Of a stretch of 64,000 nucleotides of DNA, positions 10,581-20,499 are shown in pieces. Each line of letters opens with the position of its first letter. Position 1 is the stretch's first letter. The notes under the pieces are model-generated. The model was not told where the DNA came from. It worked only from the letters and a program-made list of their open reading frames with translations, and did not search any database. The stretch comes from an uncultured Trueperaceae bacterium (GTDB lineage: Bacteria; Deinococcota; Deinococci; Deinococcales; Trueperaceae). The stretch lies in contig CAWFFU010000003.1 in assembly GCA_963815215.1 (NCBI GenBank), positions 576,001-640,000 on the forward strand, read 5' to 3'. A program made the position numbers and the translations under genes.

Positions 10581-11584
10581 CGCGGCCCCTCCCCTGGCGA
10601 ACGCCTGCGGGGAGCGCGGAACGCCACCGTCTCCCACTCCCCCTCCTCCACCACCGCGAGCTCGGGGTTGGCGCGTCGGAACACGTCCACGACCTCCTGC
10701 ACCAGGTCCTCCGGGGTGGACGCCGCCGACGTGACGCCGACCCGGCGCACGCCCTCGAGCCAGGCGGGGTCGATGTCATCCGCGACCTCGATGCGCCTCG
10801 ACCGGCCGCACAGGTCTTGCGCCAGCTCGTACAGCCGCATGCCGTTGGAGCTGGTGGCGCTGCTGACCACCAGGAACAGATCGACGCCCCCCGCGATGCG
10901 CCGCACCGCATCCTGTCGGTTCTTGGTGGCGTAGCACAGGTCGTCGGCAGGGGGCACGACGAGCTCCGGGAAACGTTGTTTGAGCCGCTCGATGGTGCGC
11001 TGCGTGTCGTCGACCGACAGGGTCGTCTGGGTGAGGACGACCACCTTGCGGGGGTCGGGAACTTCGACCGTCTCCGGGTCGGCCAGCTCGGGATCGGGCC
11101 GGCGCTCGCCCAGCACGCCCACGACGATGGTCTGCTCGGGCGCCTCGCCGCGCGTCCCGATGACCTCCTGGTGCTGCGCGGAGTCGCCGATGAGCAGGAT
11201 GTGGTAACCGCGACCGGCGTACTTCTTGGCTTCGCTGTGGACCTTGGTGACCAGCGGGCAGGTGGCGTCGACGGTGGTGAGGCCGGCCTCCTCCGCCTGG
11301 CGACGCACCTCCGGCGAGACGCCGTGGGCACTGAACACGACGGTATCGCTCCCCGCCGAGCCGCGCCCAGCCGCCATGGCAGCGAGATCCTCGACGAAGC
11401 CGACCCCCTCCTCGCGCTCCAGGCGCTCGACCACCGTTCGGTTGTGGACGATGGAGTGGTAGACGGTCACGGGCGGCTCGCCGCGCTCGGCGTTCTCACG
11501 AGCCGCATTCCTGACCGCCTCGATGGCCATCACGACACCGGCGCAGAAGCCGCGCGGCTTGGCGAGGTAGAGGGTCTCGACCAT
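10577..11584 (-). CDS. ispH: 4-hydroxy-3-methylbut-2-enyl diphosphate reductase
   Basis: [24 protein letters not shown] (three Fe-S Cys), SAHG, SSN, ASTP. Confidence 0.96.
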   Translation of the reverse strand: MVETLYLAKPRGFCAGVVMAIEAVRNAARENAERGEPPVTVYHSIVHNRTVVERLEREEGVGFVEDLAAMAAGRGSAGSDTVVFSAHGVSPEVRRQAEEAGLTTVDATCPLVTKVHSEAKKYAGRGYHILLIGDSAQHQEVIGTRGEAPEQTIVVGVLGERRPDPELADPETVEVPDPRKVVVLTQTTLSVDDTQRTIERLKQRFPELVVPPADDLCYATKNRQDAVRRIAGGVDLFLVVSSATSSNGMRLYELAQDLCGRSRRIEVADDIDPAWLEGVRRVGVTSAASTPEDLVQEVVDVFRRANPELAVVEEGEWETVAFRAPRRRSPGEGPR

Positions 11585-11677
11585 GACCCGGCGATTGTAC
11601 CGGGCGGCCGTCGCACGGACCGTAGGCCGGACGCGGTTGTCGCGTTTCCCACGGTAGAAATGCCCTCTGGCGCCCGC

Positions 11678-11707
11678 TTGACCCTCCGTCGGGGAGCGTG
11701 ATAGCAT
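11678..11707 (+). promoter_or_regulatory. Sigma70-type promoter of tRNA-Ile
   Basis: TTGACC-N18-TAGCAT with TG-n extended -10, ending 36 nt before the tRNA. Confidence 0.65.
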
Positions 11708-11742
11708 CGGCTTCGCTCGCCACACGGCGACGAGGATCCTGC

Positions 11743-11819
11743 GGGCGATTAGCTCAGTCGGTTAGAGCGCGTCGCTGATAACGACGAGGTCGGTGGTTCG
11801 AGTCCACCATCGCCCACCA
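11743..11819 (+). tRNA. tRNA-Ile(GAT)
   Basis: Acceptor stem GGGCGAT/ATCGCCC, D arm AGCTCAGTCGGTTAGAGC, anticodon arm CGTCG-CTGATAA-CGACG, GGTTCGAGTCC T arm, encoded CCA. Confidence 0.97.
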
Positions 11820-11822
11820 GCA

Positions 11823-11849
11823 CAGGCGCACCCCATCGGGGTGCGCCTG
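11823..11849. terminator. Hairpin downstream of tRNA-Ile
   Basis: Perfect 12-bp stem CAGGCGCACCCC-ATC-GGGGTGCGCCTG. Confidence 0.65.
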
Positions 11850-11919
11850 ACTCGTGGTGGGACGCCGAACGCCGCCGGGCCGGCGACCCGGTACGGAGCG
11901 TCTGCGCCGCGCCGGGGGC

Positions 11920-13305
11920 TCAAGGTTGACGGAACACCGAGCGCTCCGCGCCCAGGCGGAGCGGTAGCCGCAGCGTGGCGTTGCCGCGCTCGACCGTGAG
12001 CGTCACGGTCTCGCCGATGCTCTTCTTCCGCACCAGCGCCTGGAGATCGTAGAACGTGGGTGTCGGGGTGCCGTCGAGCGCGGTGATGACGTCGGCGCGC
12101 GGGATCGTGGCGACCTGTCCGTCCCGCCCCACGGTGCGGTCCTCGGTGTAGCCACGCAGGCCCGCCTCGGCCGCCGGGCCGCCCGGCTCCACCTGCCACA
12201 CGATCACGCCGGGGCGCGGGCCCAGGTAGGCCGCGCTCGAGCGCGGATCGTAGTCGAACCCGGGCCGCCAGGTGAACCCCACGACCGGCACATCACGCCG
12301 TTCCCCCGCCTCGAGCCTCGCCACCAGGTCGCTCCCCCCCACCGGTACCGCGTAGGAAGCGTAACCGTGCGGTAGCGGCACGCCCCGCAGGAAGGGCGGC
12401 ACGTACTGGCTCGAGGCCATGGCGCTCGGATCGAAGCTGATGTAGCTCACCACCCCGACCGCTCGACCCGCCGCGTCCACCACCGGACCGCCCGAATCTC
12501 CGGGAGCCAGGGAGGTGGTCAGCTCGATGGTGTTGTCGGCGAAGTCCGGCCGTCCGGCGTGGACGCCCAGACGCGTCACCTCGCCGGCGCGTGCCTGCAG
12601 GAACTGGTCGCGGCTGTTACCGATCGCGACGACCTGGGTCCCGGGCCGGGGCAGCTGCGGCGCCAGCGCGATCGTGGGAACGGCGCGCCGCACCTTCGCC
12701 TGCAGGACCGCGAGGTCGTGGTAGGCGTCGAAACCCACCATCGTCAAGGGCACATCGAGACGTTCGGGCGTCACCCCGACGTAGTGCACCGGGCAGGGGG
12801 CGCCTTGCTGGCTGGCGTCGACCACGTGATAGGCGGTGAGCACCAGACCGTCCTCGCGGATGAAGAATCCGGTCCCGATGCCGATCGGCTCGTTGCCGTA
12901 GCGCGGACCGCAGCGGGCCTCGATACGAAGGCTGGCCTCGCGCGCGCTCCGGAAGGCGCTCTCGAGTTGCCCGGTGGGCTGCACCACCGGCGGCAGGGTC
13001 TGCGCCACGCGCCGGACCTGAGGTGCGCGCCCCAGCGTTCCGCCGAACGCCGCGACCACCACCAGCACCGCCGCGAGGAGCAGGGTGAGGACGCGGACGG
13101 ACGGTCGACGGACCGGGCCTGCCGCGTCCGGGCCCACCGGCTCCGCACCGCCAGCGGGCGCGGCGGGCCCATCGAGGGCGGCCGGAGGAAGGCCGGCGGC
13201 ATCGCCGGAGGCGGCGCGCCCGCCCGGGCCTTCGCCGGGACCGATGCGCCCCGACGCGGGGGACCGCTCCGGCGGCGAACCCGCGACGTCGTCGTCTTGG
13301 TCCAT
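11920..13305 (-). CDS. HtrA/DegP-like S1C serine protease with PDZ domain, membrane anchored
   Basis: TM segment, LTAYHVV (His), DLAVL (Asp), PGDSGGP (Ser), C-terminal PDZ (GPAAEAGL). Confidence 0.88.
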   Translation of the reverse strand: MDQDDDVAGSPPERSPASGRIGPGEGPGGRAASGDAAGLPPAALDGPAAPAGGAEPVGPDAAGPVRRPSVRVLTLLLAAVLVVVAAFGGTLGRAPQVRRVAQTLPPVVQPTGQLESAFRSAREASLRIEARCGPRYGNEPIGIGTGFFIREDGLVLTAYHVVDASQQGAPCPVHYVGVTPERLDVPLTMVGFDAYHDLAVLQAKVRRAVPTIALAPQLPRPGTQVVAIGNSRDQFLQARAGEVTRLGVHAGRPDFADNTIELTTSLAPGDSGGPVVDAAGRAVGVVSYISFDPSAMASSQYVPPFLRGVPLPHGYASYAVPVGGSDLVARLEAGERRDVPVVGFTWRPGFDYDPRSSAAYLGPRPGVIVWQVEPGGPAAEAGLRGYTEDRTVGRDGQVATIPRADVITALDGTPTPTFYDLQALVRKKSIGETVTLTVERGNATLRLPLRLGAERSVFRQP

Positions 13306-13475
13306 GACGCTATTATGCCCAGCCGGCCCGTCGCGGAGCGCCGAGCGTACGACAGAGCGCCGTGGGCGACGCCGTCGCGGACGCCTCGGTGGGGGTATCG
13401 GCCCCGTCGCCGGGGCGCGGCCCCATCGGCGACGCCGTCGCGGAGCACCGACGGCCGGGCGGTATCATGGCCCGC

Positions 13476-14501
13476 ATGGATCGAGCACCTCACGGCGTCG
13501 CGGCCGAACCGGCCGGCGAACCCGACTACCACAGCCGGCTCCTCGAGATCGGGGGCGTGCTGCGCGACTGGCGCGGGCCCATCGTCATCGTCAGCCACGT
13601 CGACCCCGACGGTGATGCCTTCGGCAGCAGCCTGGCCCTGAAGCGCGCCTTGGAGCGTCTGGGGAAGCGCGTCACGCTGCCCCTCGAGCCTCCGAGCTTC
13701 CTCACCTTCCTGGCTGAGGACGGAGAGCTCAGCCCGCCCCTCGCGGCGCTGCCGGAGCGCTGCCTGCTTCTCGTGCTCGACGTCGCCGACCGCTCGCGGG
13801 CCACCGGAGCGCCACTGGTCGGCGCGGACCGCCTGATCAACATCGATCACCACGGCACCAACGACCACTTCGGCGACCTCGCCCTGGTCGAGCCCGATAA
13901 GGCGGCGACGGCGCTGATGGTGAAGGACCTGCTCGACACCATGGGCTTCCCCTGGACGGTCGAGGTGGCCACGCCCTGCCTCACCGGCATGCTGACCGAC
14001 ACGGGTAACTTCCGTCACGGCAACACCGACCGCTCGGTGTTGGAAGCGGCGGGCGCGCTCATCGACGTCGGTGTGCCCTACGCCGAGCTGACCGACCGGC
14101 TGCAGTGGCGCCACCCCGACTACTTCAAGATGCTGGGCGAGGTGATGGGCACCGTCGCCTTCCACCTCGACGGGCGCCTGGTCACCGCTCGCCTGACCCG
14201 CGCGATGCGCGATCGCATCGGCGAGAGCGACGACGACTCCGACGATTTCGTGGGGTTGATCCGCTACGCGGAGGGAACGCTGGTGGCGGTCCTGCTCAAG
14301 GAGCGTGACGGAGGCGTCAAGCTCAGCGTGCGCAGCCGCGGTGGCGTGTCGGCGCAGGCCATCTGTCGCGAACTCGGCGGCGGCGGCCACCACGCCGCCG
14401 CGGGAGCGACCGTCCACGGGGACATGGACGAGGCGCTGCGGCAGCTGACCGATGCCACCCGGCACGAGCTCGAGCGCTGGGGGGCCGCGGCGAACGCCTG
14501 A
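13476..14501 (+). CDS. nrnA: DHH/DHHA1 bifunctional oligoribonuclease/pAp phosphatase
   Basis: HVDPDGDAFGS, IDHH, TDTGNF, SVRS, GGGGHHAAAG. Start chosen from TATCAT-N7-ATG. Confidence 0.9.
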   Translation: MDRAPHGVAAEPAGEPDYHSRLLEIGGVLRDWRGPIVIVSHVDPDGDAFGSSLALKRALERLGKRVTLPLEPPSFLTFLAEDGELSPPLAALPERCLLLVLDVADRSRATGAPLVGADRLINIDHHGTNDHFGDLALVEPDKAATALMVKDLLDTMGFPWTVEVATPCLTGMLTDTGNFRHGNTDRSVLEAAGALIDVGVPYAELTDRLQWRHPDYFKMLGEVMGTVAFHLDGRLVTARLTRAMRDRIGESDDDSDDFVGLIRYAEGTLVAVLLKERDGGVKLSVRSRGGVSAQAICRELGGGGHHAAAGATVHGDMDEALRQLTDATRHELERWGAAANA

Positions 14502-14544
14502 ACACGGCTGGGCTTCGCGGCTCGGCTTCGCGGCTCGGCTGGGC

Positions 14545-15423
14545 TCAGCGGGCCGCCGCGTACCCGTCGGCGATGGAAGCCGCGTCCGCCGCCAGGTCTG
14601 GAAGCGCCTCGAGGACCACCCCGGCGTCGCGGCCCCGGGCGGCGAGCCACGGGAGCACGTGTTCGGTGGGCAAGTTGCCGACCAGCGCGTCGCCGGCGAA
14701 GGGACAGCCGCCGACGCCGGACAGGGCCCCCTCGAACCAACGGATCCCCGCCGCCACGCCCGCAGCGATCAACGGCTGCCAGCCATCGGAACGCGCATGG
14801 AGGTGCAGGCCGAGCTCGGGGACGCGCTCGACGACAGACAGCACGCTCGACACCGTTGCGCCGTCGGCGCGCCCCACGGTGTCGGCCAGCGCGATCCGAC
14901 GCACGCCGAGATCGCGCGCGCGCGCCACGGCCTCGGCCGTATCGGCAGGGCGCCACGGATCGCCGTAGGGATTGCCGAAGCCCATCGACAGGTAGAGCAC
15001 CAGCTCGAGGCCGTGCCCGGCGCTGGACTCGACCAGCTGCTCGACCAGCTCCCAGGACGACGCCAGCGACCGGCCCAGGTTGCGCCGCTGGAAAGTCTCG
15101 TTCACCGAGAGCGGGAACCCCACGCTGCTCACCCCCGTCGCCTCGGCGGCGCGCTCCAAACCGCGCTCGTTGCCGACGATGCACAGGAAGTCAACGCCGG
15201 CAGGGCGGTCGAGCCCGGCCAGCACCGCTTCGGTGTCGGCGAGCTGGGGCACCGCCCGAGGCGACACGAAGGAGCCGAGGTCGAGGTGCCGGAAGCCGGC
15301 CTGCAACAGCGCGCGCAGGTGCGCGCGCTTGCGCTCGGCGGGGATGTGACGTGCCAACCCCTGCCAGGCGTCCCTCGGGCACTCCACCCAGGTGAGCGTT
15401 CCGGGACCCCTTCCGTCGGGCAT
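14545..15423 (-). CDS. Hydroxymethylglutaryl-CoA lyase family protein
   Basis: ECPRDAWQG, SFVSPRAVPQLAD, LADTVG, GLHLH, GVGGCPFA, GNLPTE. Confidence 0.9.
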   Translation of the reverse strand: MPDGRGPGTLTWVECPRDAWQGLARHIPAERKRAHLRALLQAGFRHLDLGSFVSPRAVPQLADTEAVLAGLDRPAGVDFLCIVGNERGLERAAEATGVSSVGFPLSVNETFQRRNLGRSLASSWELVEQLVESSAGHGLELVLYLSMGFGNPYGDPWRPADTAEAVARARDLGVRRIALADTVGRADGATVSSVLSVVERVPELGLHLHARSDGWQPLIAAGVAAGIRWFEGALSGVGGCPFAGDALVGNLPTEHVLPWLAARGRDAGVVLEALPDLAADAASIADGYAAAR

Positions 15424-15559
15424 GTCCGGAGTCTAGCGCGAGCTCCCGCAGGCGCGCGCGCAACGCCGCGTGGGCGGCGCGTCTGCGGAGTGCGCGGCGA
15501 CCTTGGCGGCTGCCGGCCGGCGGGGGCCGCGCCCGGCCACCGGCCCTATACTGGACGCC

Positions 15560-17236
15560 GTGCTGCGGACCCTGGAGCTGCGCGATTTCGCGATCGTCGA
15601 CGCGCTCGCCCTCGAGCTCGAGCCGGGCTTCAACGCCCTGACGGGCGAGACCGGAGCGGGCAAGTCGATCCTGATCGACGCCCTGTCGCTGCTGACGGGG
15701 GGCCGAGCCGACAGCGCGCTCATCCGCGCCGAGCGGGACGCCGCGCTGGTGCTGGGTCTGTTCGAGGACGCTCCCTTCGAGAGCGCCTCGCGACGCCTCA
15801 GCCGCAACGGGCGGCACAGCGCCCGCATCGACGGCGAGGTCGTCACCGTCTCCGAGCTCGTGGAGCGAAGCGCGGAGCTGGTGGCCATCTTCGGCCAGCA
15901 CGGCGCGACCGAGCTCATGCGATCGGGGGCGCAACGCCGGCAGCTCGACCGCATGCTGGGCCCCGACGCCGCCGACGAGTTGCAGCGCTACCACCAGGCC
16001 TTCCGTCGCTACCGCGAAGTCACGGCCGGTCTGAGCGAGCTGCGCGAGGCCGCCCGTGATCGCGCGCGCCGGCTCGACATGCTCGCCTTCCAGATCGGCG
16101 AGATCGATGCGGCCGAACTGACCCCCGGCGAGGAGACGCGCCTCGAGGCCGAGGTCGAGCGGCTGCGGCACGCCGAGCGCATCGCGCTGTCCGCGTCGCA
16201 CGCCTTCTCCGCGCTCGCCGATGCCGAGCCGAACGCGGTCGAGCGGGCGGCCGAGGGTCTGCGCGAGCTGCGTACCGCGGCGCGCCACGATGCCCGTCTG
16301 GAGGCGCTGGTCGCCGACCTCGAACAGGCAGCCACCGCGCTGCAAGCCGTCGCCGACGAGGTGGGGAGCTTCCTGTCGGACTTCCAAGCCGATCCCGCGC
16401 GCCTCGACGCGGCTCAGGGGCGGCTGGCTGCCATCGAGGCCTTACGCCGCAAGTACGGCGCCAGCGTGGCCGACGTGCTCGACTTCCGGGATGGGGCCGC
16501 ACACGAGCGCGAGCGGCTCGAGCACGTGGAGGCCGACACGCGGGCGCTCGAGCAGGAGGCGGCACAACTGCGCGAGCGGCTCGCGGCGTCCGCGGGGACG
16601 CTCACGGCCGCCCGGCAGCGTGCGGCCGACGAGCTGTCGAGCGAGCTCCTTCCGCTGCTGGCCGAGCTCGGCATGGACCGGGCCCGTTTCGAAGTCGAGC
16701 TGGAGACGACCGAGGATCTCGGGCCGCACGGGCGCGATGGGGTGCGCTTCCGATTCGTGGCGCACCCCGGCGAGCCGCCCGCGCCGCTGTCCGAGGTAGC
16801 GTCGGGCGGCGAGCTGTCGCGCGTGATGCTCGCGCTCAACCTGGTCACCGGCAGCGAGCTGCCGGTGCTCGCCTTCGACGAGATCGACGCCGGCATCGGC
16901 GGGCGCACCGCGCGGGCCGTCGGCGCCCTGCTCAAGCGTCTGTCCCAACGGCACCAGGTGCTCGTCGTCACCCACCTCCCCCAGGTGGCCGCTTTCGCCG
17001 ACGCCCAGTACGCGGTCACCAAGGAGGAGCTGAGCGGCCGCACGGTCACGCGGGTCGCCCGCCTGGACCGCCCGTCACGGCTCGAGGAGCTGGCGCGGAT
17101 GCTCTCCGGTCGCGTGACGGAGGCGTCTGTGCACCACGCCGAGGAGCTCCTCGAGCAGGCCGACGCTGCACCGCGCGAACCCGGCGAGGTCCCCGCCGAG
17201 TCCGGCGGAACCCGTTCGGGACGCACGCGCAGCTGA
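15560..17236 (+). CDS. recN: DNA repair protein RecN
   Basis: TGETGAGKS Walker A, coiled coil, ASGGELSR, FDEIDAGIGG, VTHLPQVAA. GTG start after TATACT-N7. Confidence 0.96.
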   Translation: MLRTLELRDFAIVDALALELEPGFNALTGETGAGKSILIDALSLLTGGRADSALIRAERDAALVLGLFEDAPFESASRRLSRNGRHSARIDGEVVTVSELVERSAELVAIFGQHGATELMRSGAQRRQLDRMLGPDAADELQRYHQAFRRYREVTAGLSELREAARDRARRLDMLAFQIGEIDAAELTPGEETRLEAEVERLRHAERIALSASHAFSALADAEPNAVERAAEGLRELRTAARHDARLEALVADLEQAATALQAVADEVGSFLSDFQADPARLDAAQGRLAAIEALRRKYGASVADVLDFRDGAAHERERLEHVEADTRALEQEAAQLRERLAASAGTLTAARQRAADELSSELLPLLAELGMDRARFEVELETTEDLGPHGRDGVRFRFVAHPGEPPAPLSEVASGGELSRVMLALNLVTGSELPVLAFDEIDAGIGGRTARAVGALLKRLSQRHQVLVVTHLPQVAAFADAQYAVTKEELSGRTVTRVARLDRPSRLEELARMLSGRVTEASVHHAEELLEQADAAPREPGEVPAESGGTRSGRTRS

Positions 17237-17299
17237 TGTTCCCCGGCGCGCCCACAGCCGCCTGGAGAGTGCGCTAGACTGGCGCAAGGAGCTGGTCTG

Positions 17300-17530
17300 G
17301 TGGACGCAGAAGGTCGACGCGAACACTCTCCCTGCCCGGAATGCGGGAGCCGGGACACCATCACCTATCACTACGTGGAAGGGTTCAGCGAACTCGAGTG
17401 CCGGGCGTGCGGCTACCGCTCCGACGCCGAGGAGCTCAGCGCGCTGCAACGCTACACCGGTGACCTGCTCGAGTCCCCCGGCGCCGAGGCCGATCTGCCC
17501 CAGGTTCCGATGTCCCCGATCAAGGCATGA
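17300..17530 (+). CDS. Small zinc-ribbon protein
   Basis: CPECGS...CRACGY; AAGGAG RBS. Confidence 0.75.
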   Translation: MDAEGRREHSPCPECGSRDTITYHYVEGFSELECRACGYRSDAEELSALQRYTGDLLESPGAEADLPQVPMSPIKA

Positions 17531-17691
17531 AGCACGATGAATGACGCGCGCCCGCACCCGCCGCAACGCCGGCCGTGCGTGCGGGCGGCGGGACGCTTGA
17601 TGGGCTCCAACACGACGACCAACCGGCAACCTCGGCCCGCACGGCCGCGGCGCGTCGCTCTGTGGCGCTTCGGCGCCCGAAGGGAGAGACT

Positions 17692-18072
17692 ATGGACGTC
17701 AAGGTGGTTCTCAGCTCGGACGAGATCATCAGGGGGCTGAAGCACTATCGGCGCATCGCCAAGCAGGACCTCCTGCGCTCGGCCGAGACCGACAACCCCG
17801 ACGCCTTCCGCCGCCACGCCGAAGCGCGCAGAACGGTCTATGCCCACCTGACCGAGATCGCCCAGACTCAGAGCCCGTCGGACGTCGTGTTGGAGGCCCT
17901 GCGCCGCTACCAGGAGCTCCCCTTCGTCACCGGCACCGATGACGGCACCTTCACCGAGATCAAGGGCGAGGAGAACGCCCTGGAGAACTTCTTCCTGATG
18001 ATCGGGCTCGAGCCCAAGGTGCGGCGCGAGGTCCGTAGCCAGCGCCCGCCCATGAGCTCTCCGGCGAACTGA
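17692..18072 (+). CDS. Conserved hypothetical protein, 126 aa
   Basis: Strong GC3 codon bias and GGGAGAG RBS; MDVKVVLSSDEIIRGLKHYRRIAKQD... Confidence 0.8.
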   Translation: MDVKVVLSSDEIIRGLKHYRRIAKQDLLRSAETDNPDAFRRHAEARRTVYAHLTEIAQTQSPSDVVLEALRRYQELPFVTGTDDGTFTEIKGEENALENFFLMIGLEPKVRREVRSQRPPMSSPAN

Positions 18073-18137
18073 GCCGCGGCTCATCGGTCCCCGCCGAGGG
18101 TCCAGAGCACGTGCCACGCGCGTGTTATGACTAGTCC

Positions 18138-18752
18138 GTGACGCTGGACGAGTTGGAACGACAGGCGCTGGAACGGCCCGCGGCGCTGCACGAGCTCTCG
18201 AGCCGCCTGGTCTTCGGTGAAGGTCATCCCGATTCCCGCCTGATGTTGATCGGGGAGGCGCCGGGCGAGGAGGAGGACCAGTCTGGACGCCCGTTCGTGG
18301 GGCGCGCCGGGCAGTTGCTCGACCGCGTGCTCGCATCGGTGGGGCTGCACCGGGACGACCTCTACATCACCAACATGGTGAAGTATCGTCCCCCCGGGAA
18401 TCGCAATCCGCGGCCCGAGGAGATCGCCGCCAGCGAGCCGGTGCTACTTGCCCAGATCAGACTCATCCGGCCGCAGATCATCGGAACGCTGGGCAACGTT
18501 CCCAGCCAGTACTTCCTCGGCTCCAAGGACGGCATCACCCGCACGCACGGTCAGTGGTTCGACTGGCACGGAATCCGCATCTTCCCCTTGTTCCACCCCG
18601 CCTACCTGCTGCGCAACCCGAGCCGCGAACGCGGCGGACCCAAGTGGCTGACCTGGCAGGACATGCAGGAGCTGGTGCGGGTGTTGGACGGCCTTCCGCC
18701 GAAGGGGCCGGTCGCCCCGATCGATACCGCCCAACAGGAGGGGCTGTTCTGA
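18138..18752 (+). CDS. Uracil-DNA glycosylase, family 4
   Basis: VFGEG, IGEAPG, GRPFVGRAG, KYRPPGNRNP, FHPAYLLR. Confidence 0.93.
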   Translation: MTLDELERQALERPAALHELSSRLVFGEGHPDSRLMLIGEAPGEEEDQSGRPFVGRAGQLLDRVLASVGLHRDDLYITNMVKYRPPGNRNPRPEEIAASEPVLLAQIRLIRPQIIGTLGNVPSQYFLGSKDGITRTHGQWFDWHGIRIFPLFHPAYLLRNPSRERGGPKWLTWQDMQELVRVLDGLPPKGPVAPIDTAQQEGLF

Positions 18753-19105
18753 GTACCCCCGATCCGCGCTTCATGGGCCTGCTGCACGCGCTCCGCTCGT
18801 CGGCCGAGGTGGCGCTCGGGGATGACGACACCCCGCTGCGCGCGCACGCGGCGCGTGACGGCGTGCGCGGCCTGGCAGCAGCGGAACGCAGCCTGGGGCT
18901 ACTGGAGATGCTCCAGCTCAAGACCGCCGGCAACCTCGGCGAGACCGAACGCGATGCCCTGTGGACCGCGCTGCGCGCGCTGCGCGCCAGGGTCGACCGG
19001 GCCCGGCGTCGACTCGATCCCGAGGGCGACGACACGACCCGGAGCGGCACCCTGTTGCCCATGGCGCCGCTCGACGAGGGCGAGCCCGGTGGCGGCAGCC
19101 CGTGA
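18749..19105 (+). CDS. DUF1844-like protein (probable CTG start; alternative ATG at 18773)
   Basis: LLEMLQLKTAGNLGETERDAL resembles the DUF1844 L..L..KT.GNL..E pattern. Overlaps both neighbours by 4 nt. Confidence 0.65.
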   Translation: MSTPDPRFMGLLHALRSSAEVALGDDDTPLRAHAARDGVRGLAAAERSLGLLEMLQLKTAGNLGETERDALWTALRALRARVDRARRRLDPEGDDTTRSGTLLPMAPLDEGEPGGGSP

Positions 19106-19554
19106 GGGCGCTGGTGCAACGGGTGAGCCGGGCATCGGTCAGCGTCGACGGGGAGGTGGTGGGGGCCACCGACAACGGGCTGCTCGTCCTGCTGGGGGTA
19201 GGCCCTCTCGATGACGAGGCGGTGGCCGACAAGCTCGCCGACAAGGTCCGCAAGCTACGCGTGTTCGAAGACGACCGCGGCCTCATGAACCGTTCGGTGC
19301 AGGACGTGGGCGGAGGCTGCCTGGTCGTCAGCCAGTTCACCCTGTACGGCGACGTCAGGAGCGGCAACCGCCCGGGCTTCAGCAACGCGGCTCCCCCCGA
19401 GCGCGCCGACCGCCTCTACCGACGCTTCGTCGCCGCACTCGACGGAGCGGGCGTGCCGGTGGCCACGGGCCGCTTCGGCGAGCTGATGGAGGTGGATCTC
19501 CTCAATCGCGGGCCGGTGACCCTGTGGCTCGACAGCGAGGAACTCTTCGGCTAG
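19102..19554 (+). CDS. dtd: D-aminoacyl-tRNA deacylase
   Basis: RALVQRVSRASV, VSQFTLYGD, GNRPGF, NRGPVT. Confidence 0.96.
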   Translation: MRALVQRVSRASVSVDGEVVGATDNGLLVLLGVGPLDDEAVADKLADKVRKLRVFEDDRGLMNRSVQDVGGGCLVVSQFTLYGDVRSGNRPGFSNAAPPERADRLYRRFVAALDGAGVPVATGRFGELMEVDLLNRGPVTLWLDSEELFG

Positions 19555-19669
19555 GGCCGGAGTCGGCGGCCACCGGCGGACGCACCGGTGGCCGCCAGGG
19601 CCCCGACCCCCTGCTCGCGCACGCGCCGGGGGCGGCCGCTCGGCCGCCCCCGGCGTCTCGACAACGGAT

Positions 19670-20482
19670 TCAGGGCGTGGACACACGCACCGTCGCCACC
19701 GGATCGTGCCAGCCGTACACGGCGGGGTCGAGGTCGCCGGACCCGGTGAGTCCCTTGTGGAGCGTCACCATCCCTTCGGCCATCGAGGTGTGACGCACAC
19801 CCACGCTGTTGCAGGGCGGTCCGGGGACGTCGCTGCAGGACTCGGTGTTCGCTTCGCTGCCGGCGTCCAGGACCCGCACCGTGCCGTCGTACAGGTCGAT
19901 GGGCTCGCTCATCGTGGCGCCCATGGCATCCGATGAACCCATGCTGTCCGATGATCCCATGCCGTCGGAGGAGGCCATGCTGTCCGACGAAGCCATCGCG
20001 TCGGAGCCGGCGGCCATGGCCGAGCCGCCGGCGTCCCCAGACATCGACAGGTCGTTGCCGTAGTAGAAGACCGCATCGTTGGTCGTTACCAGCATGCCGA
20101 ACGCCGAGAGCAACAGGTGCCGGTCGTCCACGTGCACCTGCAGCGTCACGCTCTGCCCGGGCGCCAGCGGGGCCTTGGCGACGGCGTAATCCAGGATCGA
20201 CGACTCGACCTTGGCGACGGTCTCGAAGTCGTGCGTCATGCCGTCCTCGGCCAGCGGGATCAGCTCCGGCAACACCGGCTTGCCCAGAGCGAAAGGCCGG
20301 TAGCTGGCATCGTGCGCCAACAGCACCGGCGCGCTGAACGTCTGGTGTGCACTGGTGTTGGTGATGGTGACCGAAACGGTGCGCCCAGCCATCGTCATCG
20401 AGTCCTGCGCCGACGCCACTCCCCACGCGGCGACGACCAGGCCGATCCACAGTCCGAACCATACTCTCCTCAAGGCTCTCAC
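19670..20482 (-). CDS. Secreted spondin_N-domain protein with a Met-rich repeat insert
   Basis: Signal peptide ending in ASA; VTITN...FS, LAEDG, MLVTTNDA, DAGSEANTE, V..H.G; hexapeptide M-x-S-S-D-x repeats. Confidence 0.8.
   Translation of the reverse strand: MRALRRVWFGLWIGLVVAAWGVASAQDSMTMAGRTVSVTITNTSAHQTFSAPVLLAHDASYRPFALGKPVLPELIPLAEDGMTHDFETVAKVESSILDYAVAKAPLAPGQSVTLQVHVDDRHLLLSAFGMLVTTNDAVFYYGNDLSMSGDAGGSAMAAGSDAMASSDSMASSDGMGSSDSMGSSDAMGATMSEPIDLYDGTVRVLDAGSEANTESCSDVPGPPCNSVGVRHTSMAEGMVTLHKGLTGSGDLDPAVYGWHDPVATVRVSTP
19910..20044 (-). repeat. 18-bp-period coding repeat (MASSDS/MGSSDG type)
   Basis: Translates as MSGDAGGSAMAAGSDAMASSDSMASSDGMGSSDSMGSSDAMGATM. Confidence 0.85.
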
Positions 20483-20499
20483 CCCTTTCGAGCTCGAGC

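Noticed and set aside
11743..11920. tRNA-Ile as a genomic island attachment site
   Set aside because: No integrase and no repeat of the tRNA 3' end was seen in the window; the flanks are housekeeping genes.
14511..14536. 13-bp tandem duplication GGCTTCGCGGCTC x2 between convergent genes
   Set aside because: Only two copies with no spacers; most simply replication slippage, not CRISPR.
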